From: an uncultured Trueperaceae bacterium
GTDB lineage: Bacteria; Deinococcota; Deinococci; Deinococcales; Trueperaceae
Direction of reading: 5' to 3'
Length of the DNA stretch: 64,000 nucleotides
Assembly (NCBI GenBank): GCA_963815215.1
Contig: CAWFFU010000011.1
Span: 288,001-352,000 of the forward strand
Shown: positions 46,876 to 57,125 of the stretch, one piece after another
How positions within the stretch are numbered: position 1 is the stretch's first letter
Layout of the letters: each line of letters begins with the position of its first letter
Notes under the pieces: model-generated
Told to the model about the DNA's origin: nothing
Databases searched by the model: none
What the model saw: the letters and a program-made list of their open reading frames with translations, nothing else
Translations under genes and position numbers: made by a program

Positions 46876-48012
46876 TCAGCCGCCGAGCCGGCCGGCGGCC
46901 GGCTCGGCCAGGCAGGCCAGCAGCCGCTCGAACGCGCGGTAGCCGTCGACGAGCGAGGCGGGGTCGATCCACTCGCTGCTGCGGTGGGCGTCGCCGCCCC
47001 GGTAGACGCCGAAGCCGATCGCAGGCAGGCCCCGTGCCAGGGCTGCGTTGGCATCGGTGCTGCTCGCCACCACGACCGCCTGGGGTCCGCCCCCCTCCAG
47101 CGCCCGCAGCGCGCACGACACGAGCTCCGCGTTGTCCACGCTGGCGACGGGGCGGTCGCCGATCTGCGTGAACTCCACCGCGCACCCTGCCCGTCGCGAC
47201 GCCCCCTCGATCGCCATGCGGGCGCGGCGCTCCAGGTCATCGAGCACGGTCGGGTCGAGGCTCCTCAGGTCGAGTGTGAACCCGGCCTCCTGCGCGATGG
47301 CGTTGATCGACGTTCCGCCCCACACCGTCCCCACATTGAGCGAAGAGCGCGGCTCCGCGGGCACGCTCAAGGCGCTGAGGGCGTGGATGGCTTCGCCGGC
47401 GGCGTGCACCGCGCTGGGCGTGGGGTAGTCGCCCCAGGAGTGGCCACCCGCGCCCCTGAAACCCGCGCGCAGACGCCGCGAGCCGACCGCCTGCGCCACG
47501 ATCGTGCCCAGGTGGCCGTCGACCGCGATGAACAGGTCGTGCTCCGCTCCCCGATCGGCCACCAGCTGCCGTGCGCCGCGCAGATCGCCCTCCCCCTCCT
47601 CGCCCACCGTCGCCGCCACCGTGAGCCGCGGTCGGAGGTCGTCCGGGCGTGCTCCCGTCCGCTCCAGGAACACGCTCAGCACCGCCAGGCTGGCGCTGTT
47701 GTCACCGATCCCGGGGGCGCACAGACGGTCGCCTTCGCGCCGCACACGCACGTCAGTGCCGGCACCGAACACGGTATCGAGATGCGCGGCCACCAGCACC
47801 CGCGGACCCCGGCCGCCCGGCAGCGACGCCACCACGTTCCCGGCCGCGTCGCGCTCCACCGGCACACCCGTCCGCGCCCATAGATCAGCGACGAGGCGTC
47901 CGCGCGGCTCCTCGCCGAACGGCGGCGCCGGCACCTCGGTGATGGTCTTCAGATGCCCCTCGAGCGCCCGACTCAGCTCACGTGCCGACGCCGGGCGTGC
48001 TCCCGGAGGCAC
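46876..48012 (-). CDS. M20/M28 family metallopeptidase
   Basis: PAPPFGE..R, AHLDTVF, PGIGDN, TVGEEG.GDL.G, GGHSW, STDAN, AH..EW. Confidence 0.88.
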   Translation of the reverse strand: MPPGARPASARELSRALEGHLKTITEVPAPPFGEEPRGRLVADLWARTGVPVERDAAGNVVASLPGGRGPRVLVAAHLDTVFGAGTDVRVRREGDRLCAPGIGDNSASLAVLSVFLERTGARPDDLRPRLTVAATVGEEGEGDLRGARQLVADRGAEHDLFIAVDGHLGTIVAQAVGSRRLRAGFRGAGGHSWGDYPTPSAVHAAGEAIHALSALSVPAEPRSSLNVGTVWGGTSINAIAQEAGFTLDLRSLDPTVLDDLERRARMAIEGASRRAGCAVEFTQIGDRPVASVDNAELVSCALRALEGGGPQAVVVASSTDANAALARGLPAIGFGVYRGGDAHRSSEWIDPASLVDGYRAFERLLACLAEPAAGRLGG

Positions 48013-48013
48013 C

Positions 48014-48676
48014 TCAGCTATTGTCCTGGAGCGTGGCGATACCCTCACGCAGGGCGTACAGCGCCGCCTGCGTGCGGTTGTTCAGACGCAGCTTGGAGAA
48101 GATCTCCGACAGGCGATTTCGCACCGTCTTCTCGCTGACCCCGAGCGACTGGGCGATCTCCTGGTTGGACGCGCCCTGGGCGAGCAGCCGCAAGATGTCC
48201 TCCTCGCGCTCGGTGAGCTCGCTGATCTTGTGGTCGGGGTGTTCGGGAAGCTCCCCCACCTTGCGGAACTCGTCGAGGATCGACGCGGCCATCTCCGCGT
48301 TCAGGAGCGTCTCCCCTGCCGCGACCCGGCGGATGGCGTCGATGAGGTCGTTGGCGTCGGCGTCCTTCAGCAGGTAGCCGCGCGCGCCCACCTTGATCGC
48401 CTCGAAGACGTACTTGTCCTGTCGGTACATGGTGAGGATGATGACCTTGGCGACCGGCTGCTCGGCGAGGATCGCCTTGGTCGCCGCAACGCCGTCGAGC
48501 TCGGGCATCTGGATGTCCATCAGGACGACGTCGGGCTTGGTCTCGAGGGCATACCGCACCGCTTCACGGCCCGTCGACGCCTCTCCGATGATCCGGAAGT
48601 CGTCTTCGGTCTCGAGGATGCTCCTCAGACCCTGGCGGAACATGGCGTGATCGTCGCACAGGAGCAACCGAATCAT
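48014..48676 (-). CDS. NarL/LuxR family response regulator
   Basis: [47 protein letters not shown]. Confidence 0.95.
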   Translation of the reverse strand: MIRLLLCDDHAMFRQGLRSILETEDDFRIIGEASTGREAVRYALETKPDVVLMDIQMPELDGVAATKAILAEQPVAKVIILTMYRQDKYVFEAIKVGARGYLLKDADANDLIDAIRRVAAGETLLNAEMAASILDEFRKVGELPEHPDHKISELTEREEDILRLLAQGASNQEIAQSLGVSEKTVRNRLSEIFSKLRLNNRTQAALYALREGIATLQDNS

Positions 48677-48854
48677 GATGGGCCCACTGTACCGTAGTCG
48701 GCGCCGTGATACCGTTGTGTTGCAGCTGCCGGGCTCGTGCCAGGCCGGACCGGTCGCACCCTCATCGCCCCACCAGGCTCGAGTGCGGTCGGCGGCGTGG
48801 CGGGAGCCCGGCAGCTGCACGAAGGGACCAAGAAGACCTTCACGAGGAGGACGC

Positions 48855-49334
48855 ATGGCGCATCCCAAAGGCGTCCTGATCGAACGGCTGCAGAGGTCGG
48901 GCCAGAACCGGCCCGAGTTCCGCAGCGAACGTACCGGTCCGGACCATCAACCCACCTTCCTCAGCGACGTTCTGGTCGACGGGCACGTGCTCGGCACCGG
49001 TCAGGGGGGCAACAAGCGGGAGGCCGAACGGCGTGCCGCCGAAGAGGCGCTCGCTGCTCTCGATCGCGGCGGCACCGTGCTCGACATCGAAGCTTCCGTC
49101 GACATGGAGCCGGACGAGACCTTCCTCGACGACGCTCCCTTCGAGGGGCCCTGGCCGGTGTTCGAGGCGGTCCTGGCCGCCAGCCTGCAGGTCGCCGACC
49201 GTCGCATCCCCGACCACCTGCGTGGCGACGAGGCCCGCACCGCGGTGCGCGACTTCGCGCTGTCGCTCTACAAGGACGTACTGCAAGACCTGGGCGACGT
49301 CGTCGACGACGGCCCCGACGGCGAGGACTCCTGA
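48855..49334 (+). CDS. Standalone double-stranded RNA-binding domain protein with C-terminal helical domain
   Basis: HPKG.L.E.LQ...P.F...GPDHQPTF...[22 protein letters not shown]. Confidence 0.8.
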   Translation: MAHPKGVLIERLQRSGQNRPEFRSERTGPDHQPTFLSDVLVDGHVLGTGQGGNKREAERRAAEEALAALDRGGTVLDIEASVDMEPDETFLDDAPFEGPWPVFEAVLAASLQVADRRIPDHLRGDEARTAVRDFALSLYKDVLQDLGDVVDDGPDGEDS

Positions 49335-49441
49335 TCCAACCGGGCTAGGACCCGGTCCGCGGGCATGGGGGGAGTTCCAACGGCGGGGGTCACGCCGGAG
49401 CGTCCTCGACCCCGGGGACGGTTGCCGGCAGCGCTCCGCGC

Positions 49442-49777
49442 TCAGGCTCCGCCCGATTCGTCGGTGGCGTCGTCTACGTGGTCGCTGGCGTAACGCTCGA
49501 TACGGCGCAGCTCGGCGGTGGCCTTCTCGCGCACCAGCATCTCGCGCATACGCTCTCCTCCGGAGAACGCTTCCGTGCCCTGAGCCTCGATGAGATCGAC
49601 CATCTTGGCGGCGAAGGCCCGCAACGGGGTCACCATCGACAGCTCTTGCAGGCTCCGCTCGTCAGCCATCGCCAGCGACAGCAGTCCGGCGTCGAGGCCG
49701 CCGGCCTCGTCGTTGACGGTGACGACGACATCACCGTGATCGGTGGTGACCAGGAAGCGCCGCGGCTGCTCGGGCAT
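49442..49777 (-). CDS. Hypothetical protein
   Basis: Good codon bias; -10 TAGGCT 8 nt before the ATG. Confidence 0.65.
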   Translation of the reverse strand: MPEQPRRFLVTTDHGDVVVTVNDEAGGLDAGLLSLAMADERSLQELSMVTPLRAFAAKMVDLIEAQGTEAFSGGERMREMLVREKATAELRRIERYASDHVDDATDESGGA

Positions 49778-49965
49778 CGCGGCACAGCCTATCACGCACG
49801 CCGCGGGCGCCACGACCGCGGACCGGGGGCGCGGGATGCTAGCATGGGTGCCCACCCTGACGCATCCCCCGCGCCGCAGGCGCCGCCCCTCGACCAGGAG
49901 GACCCCTTGCTCGTTCCGCCCCTGAACGGAGCGCCCAGGAGCGCCGCACCCCCGGTGAGACCGGC

Positions 49966-52179
49966 ATGACCCACCGCAGCCTCGAGCGCGATCTCGGCCT
50001 CTACGCGGTCATCACCATCAGTGTCGGTGCCATGATCGGAAGCGGCATCTTCGTGCTGCCGGGCCTGGCCTCCAAGATCGCCGGTCCCGGCGTCATCCTC
50101 GCCTACCTTCTGGCGGGCCTGATCGTGCTGCCCGCAGCGCTCAGCCAGTCGGAGATGGCGACCGCGATGCCGGAGGCGGGCGGCACCTACCTCTACGTCG
50201 ACCGCGCGCTAGGTCCCATGCTGGGCACCATCGCCGGCATCGGCGTGTGGTTCTCGCTGGTGCTCAAGAGCGCGTTCGCGCTGGTCGGGCTGGGCGCCTA
50301 CCTGCTGCTGTTCGTCAACCTGCCCACGAAGCCCGTGGCGCTGGGCCTGGCCCTGCTGGTGCTGGCGGTGAACGCCCTCGGCGTGAAGCAGACGGGCCGC
50401 CTGCAGGCCGTGATCGTCACCGGCGTGCTGGGCGTGCTGTTGCTCTTCGTGCTGCGGGGCGCCGCCGTCGTCGACGCCTCCCGCTATCAGCCCTTCCTCG
50501 CGCATGGCGTGGGCGGCCTGCTGGCCGCGACCGGCTTCGTGTTCGTGAGCTACGCCGGGGTCACCAAGATCGCCAGCGTCGCCGAAGAGGTGCGCGCGCC
50601 GGGGCGGAACATCCCGGCGGGCATCCTGGTCAGCATCGCTCTGATGATGGTCGTGTACACCGGCCTCATCTACGTCGTCGTGGGCACCAGCCCGGCCGCA
50701 CAGCTGCACGGCACCCTCACCCCCATGGCGCTGGCGGCCCGCGACATCCTGGGGGTCGGCGGCGAGATCATCATCGCGATCACCGCCGTCCTCGCGCTGA
50801 CGAGCATGGCCAATGCCGGCGTCCTCTCCTCGTCGCGCTACCCCTTCGCTATGAGCCGCGGCGACCTGGCACCGCCGCTGTTCCAGCGCGTGCACCCCCG
50901 TTTCGGAACGCCGGTAGCGTCGATCGCCCTGACAGGGGCGGTCCTGCTCGCCCTCATCGCGTTCGTGCCGGTGGTGGATCTCGCCAAGCTCGCGAGCGCC
51001 TTCCAGATCCTGGTGCTGTGCTTCGTGAACCTGGCGCTGATCGCGTTCCGCGAGGGCCAGGTTCCCAGCTACCGTCCGACCTTCCGCTCCCCCGGCTATC
51101 CCTGGGTGCAGCTCGGCGGGATCGGCGCGGGGCTGCTGCTGATCACCCAGATGGGATGGCTGTCGGTGCTGGGAGCCGGCGGCATCGTGATCGTGGGGCT
51201 GGTCTGGTTCCGCGTCTACGGCCGCCCCCGTACCGAGCGGGAGGGCGTGGCGCTGGCAGCGCTACGCCGCAACACCGACAGTACCGCGGTGGGTCACACG
51301 CGCCGCGCCTTACACACGCCCGGGCCCCTCAACCTGCTGCTCCCCGTGCACCCGCATATGGCCGCTGAGCGCGAGCGCGACCTGCTCAGGCTGGCGGCCA
51401 TGCTCGCCGGCCCGCGCGACCGCCTGCGTGTGATCCGTTTCGACCAGGTACCCGAACAAGTCGAGCTGCTCGCCATGGCCGCGGGGCCCAGCGCCGAGGA
51501 CCGGGCGTTCGAGACGCGCGTGGAGAACGAGCTGGACGGGCTCGGCACGCGCCTGTACCTGGGCACCGTCGTCGGTCACGATTGGAAGGAGGCGATCGTC
51601 CTCCATGTGCGCGAGCACCGCGTCGACCTGGTGATCACCGACGAGATCCGGGCTCCTACCCCGTTGCGTCCGTTGAGTCGCGATGCGGGCTGGCTGATGG
51701 ACCGTAGCGGCGCCGACGTGGCAGTGCTCGGCCCACGTCCCTTGAACGGCATCTCCGAAGTGCTGGTGATGGGCACGGGTGGACCCTTCGACGCCCTGAA
51801 GGTGGACCTGGCGAGCCGTATCGCACGCGGCCAGGGTGCGCGCATCCGCTTCATGCACGTGGTGGCGGAGAGCGCCCTGCCCGCCCAACTCGACACCCTG
51901 CGCAGCTACCACGATCAGCTCGCCGCGCTCTGCGGCGTCCCCACCGTGAGCGACATCCGCCGCGCCGCGAACCCCCGTTCGGAACTGGTCGAGGCCTCCA
52001 GGAGCGCCGATCTCGCCATCCTGGGCGCGACCGTCCACCGCTACCTCGGGACCCGCGGTGCGCGTGACCTGGCCCACCAGCTCGCCGCCGGCCTGGAGTG
52101 CCCGGCACTGATCGTGCACGCCCAGCTCTCGCACCGGCGCACCGTGCTCGGCACACTGCTCGAACGCATCGCATACTAG
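49966..52179 (+). CDS. APC-family amino acid permease with C-terminal USP-like domains
   Basis: LERDLGL..ISVGAMIGSGIF.LP, EMATAMP.AGG.Y, SYAGVTKIASVAEE; about 12 TMs plus a soluble tail of about 300 aa with USP-like GGP/DL.ILG motifs. Confidence 0.85.
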   Translation: MTHRSLERDLGLYAVITISVGAMIGSGIFVLPGLASKIAGPGVILAYLLAGLIVLPAALSQSEMATAMPEAGGTYLYVDRALGPMLGTIAGIGVWFSLVLKSAFALVGLGAYLLLFVNLPTKPVALGLALLVLAVNALGVKQTGRLQAVIVTGVLGVLLLFVLRGAAVVDASRYQPFLAHGVGGLLAATGFVFVSYAGVTKIASVAEEVRAPGRNIPAGILVSIALMMVVYTGLIYVVVGTSPAAQLHGTLTPMALAARDILGVGGEIIIAITAVLALTSMANAGVLSSSRYPFAMSRGDLAPPLFQRVHPRFGTPVASIALTGAVLLALIAFVPVVDLAKLASAFQILVLCFVNLALIAFREGQVPSYRPTFRSPGYPWVQLGGIGAGLLLITQMGWLSVLGAGGIVIVGLVWFRVYGRPRTEREGVALAALRRNTDSTAVGHTRRALHTPGPLNLLLPVHPHMAAERERDLLRLAAMLAGPRDRLRVIRFDQVPEQVELLAMAAGPSAEDRAFETRVENELDGLGTRLYLGTVVGHDWKEAIVLHVREHRVDLVITDEIRAPTPLRPLSRDAGWLMDRSGADVAVLGPRPLNGISEVLVMGTGGPFDALKVDLASRIARGQGARIRFMHVVAESALPAQLDTLRSYHDQLAALCGVPTVSDIRRAANPRSELVEASRSADLAILGATVHRYLGTRGARDLAHQLAAGLECPALIVHAQLSHRRTVLGTLLERIAY

Positions 52180-52194
52180 GGTCGACGCCTCGGT

Positions 52195-54042
52195 ATGGTC
52201 CATCTCCTCGCCAGCCACCCCGCGCTCGCCATCGCCGCCATCATCACGCTGGGCGCGGGGGCGCAGTGGCTCTCCTGGCGGCTCCGCGTGCCGGCGATCC
52301 TGCCGCTGCTGAGCATCGGATTCCTGGTGGGGCCGGTGCTGGGCTGGCTGCGGCCGTCGCAGGTCTTCGGCGACGCCCTGCTCTACCCCGCGGTGTCGCT
52401 GGCGGTCGGGCTGGTGCTGTTCGAGGGCGGGCTGACGCTGCGCCTGTCCGAGCTCCACGAGACGCGCCGCGTGATCGTCTCCCTGATCACGGTGGGCGCC
52501 TTGGTGACGTGGCTCGGCAGCGCCGCGGCCGCGTACTGGCTGGGTGCGCTCCCGGGCCCGCTCGCGCTGCTGTTCGGAGCCCTGGTCATCGTCACCGGCC
52601 CGACCGTCATCGGCCCCCTGCTTCGCATCGTTCGGCCCACCGCCCGGGTGGCCAACGTGCTCAAGTGGGAGGGCATCATCATCGACGTGGTCGGCGCGAT
52701 GGTAGCTGTGCTGGTGTCCGAGGCGCTGCTGCTGGGCACCGCCCAGTCCGCTCCCGCGCACACCGTGCTGCTGCTCGGGCGCTTCCTGGTGGTGGGCGCG
52801 GCTGCCGGGGCGGTGGCCGGCTACGCGCTGGCCTGGCTCCTGAAGCGCCGCGCCATGCCGGACTACCTGATCAACGTGGTCTCGCTGGCCACGCTGTTCT
52901 CCGCGTTCACGCTGGCCAACGTCGTCACCGACGAGTCGGGGCTGCTGGCAGCGGTGGTCATGGGGGTGGTGCTGGCCAACCTCCGGGTCCCCAACATCGG
53001 TGCGCTGCTGAGCTTCAAGGAGGACCTCAGCGTGCTGTTCGTCAGCATGCTGTTCGTGGTGCTGGCGGCCAACCTGCAGCTCGCTTCCCTCGCCGCGGAG
53101 TTGACCTGGCGCGGGCTGGCGCTGCTGCTGGTGCTGGTGCTCGTCACCCGGCCGGCGGGTGTGCTGCTGAGCAGTCTGCGCTCACCGCTCACCTGGCCCG
53201 AGCGCCTGTTCCTGTCCGGCATCGCGCCGCGCGGCATCGTGGCGGCCGCCGTCAGCTCGCTGTTCGCGTCCAAGCTGACGGCGGCAGGCTTCGAGCAGGC
53301 ACGCTCGCTCCCTCCGCTGGTGTTCCTGATGATCGTCGGCACGGTGCTGCTGGCGAGCCTCTCGGCCCGCCCCCTGGGCGTGCGGCTGGGCGTAGCGGAC
53401 CCCGACCCTCAGGGCTTCCTGATCCTGGGGGCGGACGAGGTGGCTCGAACCGTGGCTCGCGCCCTGCACGCCCAGCACATCCCGGTGCTGCTGGCCGACA
53501 CCAACTGGTCGCACGTCACCGCGGCGCGCGTCGAGGGTCTACAGGCCTACTACGGGAGCCTGCTGTCCGATCACAGCGACGACGAGCTGCGATTGTCCGG
53601 CATCGGCCGGCTGCTGGCGTTGACGTCCAACGACGAGGCCAACGCACTCACCGCACTCAAGTACGCCCGCGAGTTCGGCACCGCCAACGTCTTCCAGCTC
53701 GCGCCCAGCCGCGGCGGCAACGACCGCGGCCGGCTCGGCGGAGAGCGGCGCGCGCGCCTGCTCGTGGGCGACGACGTCACCTTCCCGCGCATGCGGGCGC
53801 TGGTGCACGCCGGCGCTGAGGTGAAGCGGACCGAGCTTACCGAGCGCTTCGGGATGGAGGACTACCTGCAGCGCTACGGCAGCGCCTGCGTGCCCCTGTT
53901 CGTGCAGCAGGGCAAACGCATCGAGGTGGTGGCGGCCGGCGGGGCGGCGCCGGAGCCAGGGTCGGCCCTGTTCGCGTTGGTGCTCGAGCCCGACGACGAG
54001 GGCGGCGGCGGCGAGGTAGCAACGGGCGGCGCCGGGAGCTGA
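52195..54042 (+). CDS. CPA1 cation:proton antiporter (NhaP-type) with C-terminal TrkA-N-like domain
   Basis: LFEGGL.L, VTGPTVIGPLL, LKWEGI.ID..GA, ESGLL, APRGIVAAA. Confidence 0.9.
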   Translation: MVHLLASHPALAIAAIITLGAGAQWLSWRLRVPAILPLLSIGFLVGPVLGWLRPSQVFGDALLYPAVSLAVGLVLFEGGLTLRLSELHETRRVIVSLITVGALVTWLGSAAAAYWLGALPGPLALLFGALVIVTGPTVIGPLLRIVRPTARVANVLKWEGIIIDVVGAMVAVLVSEALLLGTAQSAPAHTVLLLGRFLVVGAAAGAVAGYALAWLLKRRAMPDYLINVVSLATLFSAFTLANVVTDESGLLAAVVMGVVLANLRVPNIGALLSFKEDLSVLFVSMLFVVLAANLQLASLAAELTWRGLALLLVLVLVTRPAGVLLSSLRSPLTWPERLFLSGIAPRGIVAAAVSSLFASKLTAAGFEQARSLPPLVFLMIVGTVLLASLSARPLGVRLGVADPDPQGFLILGADEVARTVARALHAQHIPVLLADTNWSHVTAARVEGLQAYYGSLLSDHSDDELRLSGIGRLLALTSNDEANALTALKYAREFGTANVFQLAPSRGGNDRGRLGGERRARLLVGDDVTFPRMRALVHAGAEVKRTELTERFGMEDYLQRYGSACVPLFVQQGKRIEVVAAGGAAPEPGSALFALVLEPDDEGGGGEVATGGAGS

Positions 54043-54060
54043 GCCGCGCCCGCCTGGGTC

Positions 54061-54762
54061 CTACTCGCTGGCTTCGTCGAGGAACTGCTGCAACCGCCCC
54101 ACGTGCACCGTGATGGGCGCACGCCGGCGACGCACCGCCCCGTACTCGAGCAACCGCGCCAGGCAGTGGCTGACGGTCTCGCGGGTGGCGCCGATCATCT
54201 TGGCAAGGTCCTGCTGGGTGAGGTTGAGGTCGATCACGGTGCCGCGGTCGCCCGTCACACCGAAGTCGTTGGCGAGCCTGAGCAGCAGGTTGGCCAGGCG
54301 GCCGGGCGCGTCGAACGCGCCCACCTCGGCCTGCCACTGCTGAGCCTGCCACAGGCGCGTGCTCATCACCTGGATGAACTTCATGGCGATCTTCGGGTAC
54401 TGCACCAGTAGACGCTGGAAGTCCTCCTCGGGCATGACGATGAGGGTGGTGTCGACCACCGCCTCCGCCTGGTTGGGCCTTCGCTCGCTCTTGAGGAGCA
54501 GCAGCTCCCCGAAGATGTCGTACTGACCGAGGAGCCCGAGGATCATCTCCTTGCCGTTGGGGAAGTACATGGAGATCTTCACCATGCCGTCGCGGATGAA
54601 GTACAGCGCGTCGGCCGGGTCCTCCATGTGGTAGATGATCTCGCCCGCCGCGAACCGCTTGTAGGGGGTGATCCGCGACAGCTGCTCGAGTTCGTCCGCC
54701 GACAGGTCCTCGAACAGCTGGGTGTTCTTCAGGTGCCACACCAAGCTCGGATATTCATGCAT
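54061..54762 (-). CDS. CRP/FNR family transcriptional regulator
   Basis: cNMP-binding FGE..R, LTQQDLAKMIGATRETVS HTH. Confidence 0.93.
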   Translation of the reverse strand: MHEYPSLVWHLKNTQLFEDLSADELEQLSRITPYKRFAAGEIIYHMEDPADALYFIRDGMVKISMYFPNGKEMILGLLGQYDIFGELLLLKSERRPNQAEAVVDTTLIVMPEEDFQRLLVQYPKIAMKFIQVMSTRLWQAQQWQAEVGAFDAPGRLANLLLRLANDFGVTGDRGTVIDLNLTQQDLAKMIGATRETVSHCLARLLEYGAVRRRRAPITVHVGRLQQFLDEASE

Positions 54763-54870
54763 CTAGCGCAGTCTACACGACGCGCTGCACGGGGTAAAGC
54801 ACATCGCAACGCGAGGGGAACCGTGTGGGGCGGGCCTCGTGGGCCCGTTCACGGCTCTGGACGACCGCCG

Positions 54871-55935
54871 TCACGGCTCGATAGGGGCCAGCAAGTACGC
54901 CTCCAGCAGCGCCGCGGTGCGTTCGATCGCCTTGCGGTGCGTGCGCTCGTAGCTGTGGGAGGCGTCGACGCCGGGTCCGATCAGAGCCGCGCGATGGTTG
55001 CCGCCGGCGCGCCAGGAGGCGGTGGCGTCGGAGGCGTAGTACGGGTAGATGTCGATCTTGAGGGGGATGTCGTGCTCATGCGCCAGCCGCCGTAGGCGCC
55101 GGTTCATCCCGTAGTCGTAGGGACCGCCCGAATCCTTGACGCACAGCGTCACGTCGTACTCGGTGCTGGTCTGCCCCTCCCCTACCGCGGCCATGTCGAT
55201 GCACAGCAGTTCCTCGACCTCAGCCGGGATGCCGGTGGCCGCGCCGTGCCCCACCTCCTCGTAGTTGGAGACGAAGAAGTGGGTATCGCCGTCGGGCTTC
55301 ACCTTGCCGGCCACGAAGGCGCGGGTGACCGCCAGCGCGACCGCCACGGCCGCCTTGTTGTCGAGATGCCGGCCCTTCACGAAGCCAGACTCGGTGGCGC
55401 GCGGCGCGCTGTCGAACGACACCGCGTCCCCCACCTCGATCCCGAGCGCCCGCACCTCGTCCGCGCTGTTCGCCTCCAGGTCGAGCCGCACCTCCATGGT
55501 GCCTTCGTCGCGCTTGAGGTCGCGCAGCTCCGGACCGTGGACGTGCGAAGACTGCTTGGTGTTCACTACCGTGCCGCTGACGGCGCGCCCGTCCTCGGTG
55601 TGCACCACGCACTCCGCGCCCTCGATGGTCGCCCAGTCGTAACCGCCGATCGGGCTCAGCCTGATGCGGCCGCCGGCCTTGATCTCCTTGACCATCGCGC
55701 CCAGTGTGTCGATGTGGCTGGCTACGGCGCGAACCGCGCCGCCCTTGCCCTCCAACGTCCACAGCAGGGCGCCCTTCGGTGTGCGGCGGGCGCCCACCCC
55801 CAACGTGTCGAGCTCCGCCTCCACCGCCGCCAGGGCGCGTTCCGTGAAGCCCGTGGGCGACGGGGTCGCCAGGAGCTCGAGTAGGATGCGCAGGCCGTCT
55901 TCGATATCCACCCCAGGTAGGCTCATGCGCTCCAT
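54871..55935 (-). CDS. M42 family aminopeptidase
   Basis: PSPTG, SHIDTLG, RHLDNKA, YEEVGHG, DM, KDS.GPYD, Y.SDA, SHSYER. Confidence 0.9.
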   Translation of the reverse strand: MERMSLPGVDIEDGLRILLELLATPSPTGFTERALAAVEAELDTLGVGARRTPKGALLWTLEGKGGAVRAVASHIDTLGAMVKEIKAGGRIRLSPIGGYDWATIEGAECVVHTEDGRAVSGTVVNTKQSSHVHGPELRDLKRDEGTMEVRLDLEANSADEVRALGIEVGDAVSFDSAPRATESGFVKGRHLDNKAAVAVALAVTRAFVAGKVKPDGDTHFFVSNYEEVGHGAATGIPAEVEELLCIDMAAVGEGQTSTEYDVTLCVKDSGGPYDYGMNRRLRRLAHEHDIPLKIDIYPYYASDATASWRAGGNHRAALIGPGVDASHSYERTHRKAIERTAALLEAYLLAPIEP

Positions 55936-55973
55936 GGTAATCCGGCGACGGGGAGGGCTGCAGCGGTGCTGGC

Positions 55974-56348
55974 TCAGCGTTCCTCGGCCGAGACCTGCGC
56001 CTCGCTCCCCAGCGCCCCCCAGTCGTCCACGCTGCCCTCCTCCTGGAACCACGGCAGACCGCGCAGGTAGGCCGAGCGCGCGATCATGTACCCCGACAGG
56101 GGCGCGGTCAGGAAGAAGAAGCCGGCGATGAGCAGGACCCGCGGGGTGCCGTCGACCGGGAAGAAGGCGATGGCGGCGCCGGCGAAGATCCCCAAGCCGC
56201 CCAGCGTCACCAGCTTGGTGGCGGCGTGCAGGCGGGTGTAGACGTCGGGGAAGCGGACCAGGCCCACCGCCGCGGCCAGCAGGAAGATGCAGCCGAGCAA
56301 TACCAGCACCTGCGCAACGGGGTGGCCGTCGAGCGCCGAGCCGTTCAT
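55974..56348 (-). CDS. mrpG: Mrp Na+/H+ antiporter subunit G
   Basis: GLVRFPDVYTRLHAATK..TLG, LTAP. Confidence 0.93.
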   Translation of the reverse strand: MNGSALDGHPVAQVLVLLGCIFLLAAAVGLVRFPDVYTRLHAATKLVTLGGLGIFAGAAIAFFPVDGTPRVLLIAGFFFLTAPLSGYMIARSAYLRGLPWFQEEGSVDDWGALGSEAQVSAEER

Positions 56349-56605
56349 CGCATCACTCGTCCGCGGAGCAGGTACCGCGCCAGCGCCACGGTGCTCAAGA
56401 AGCCCAGGATGGAGATGATCAGGGCGGCGTCGAGCAGCGAGGTGTAACCGGTGCGCAGCGCGGCCACCACCACCATCACGGCGAGGTTGACGGTGAGGAA
56501 ATCGAAGGCGGTCACGCGGTCGCCCCAGGTGGGACCGCGCACCACGCGATAGGTGGCGAGCACGCCCGAGATGGCGAGGCTGACGATGGCGACATCGATC
56601 ACCAC
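56345..56605 (-). CDS. mrpF: Mrp Na+/H+ antiporter subunit F
   Basis: RVVRGPT..DRV.AFD, LGFLSTVALARY; SD GGGAGG before GTG 56605. Confidence 0.9.
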   Translation of the reverse strand: MVIDVAIVSLAISGVLATYRVVRGPTWGDRVTAFDFLTVNLAVMVVVAALRTGYTSLLDAALIISILGFLSTVALARYLLRGRVMR

Positions 56606-56654
56606 GGTGAGGGTCCTCCCGGCCGGGGCCGGCACCCGGCCGCGCCGAGCGCGG

Positions 56655-57122
56655 TCACGACATGAACCCCAGGATCAGCCGCTCGATGCGCTGCACGCTG
56701 GCGCGCGAGCGTTCCGGATCGGCCTGCAAGATGGCGTGGGCGTAGAGCCAGCCCCGGTCGTCGGACACGCCCATCGCGACCGTTCCCGGCAGTAGCGTGA
56801 TGGCGGCGGACAGCAACGAGATGGCGGCGTCGCTCCGGAGGCGCAGCGGCACCGCGATGATGTGCGGGTGGTAGCGGGGCCTGGGCCGGACCGCCAGCAG
56901 GGCCACCATCACGTTGGAGGTGACCAGCTCCCACAGGAAGCTCACCGTGAAGCGCGCCAGCGCCGCCAGCCGGCGCGGGAACGAGCGCTCGCGTTCGCGC
57001 TCCACCACGCTCAGCAGCAGCACACCGAGCAGCGCGCCGACGACCAGGTTGACGGCGGTCAGCTGCCCCATCAGGAAGCTCCACATGAGCGCCATGCCAA
57101 GTACCGCCAGCAGCGAACCCAT
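56655..57122 (-). CDS. mrpE: Mrp Na+/H+ antiporter subunit E
   Basis: ELV.SN..VA, P.IIAVPL, ITLLPGT, LYAH. Confidence 0.92.
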   Translation of the reverse strand: MGSLLAVLGMALMWSFLMGQLTAVNLVVGALLGVLLLSVVERERERSFPRRLAALARFTVSFLWELVTSNVMVALLAVRPRPRYHPHIIAVPLRLRSDAAISLLSAAITLLPGTVAMGVSDDRGWLYAHAILQADPERSRASVQRIERLILGFMS

Positions 57123-57125
57123 GGC

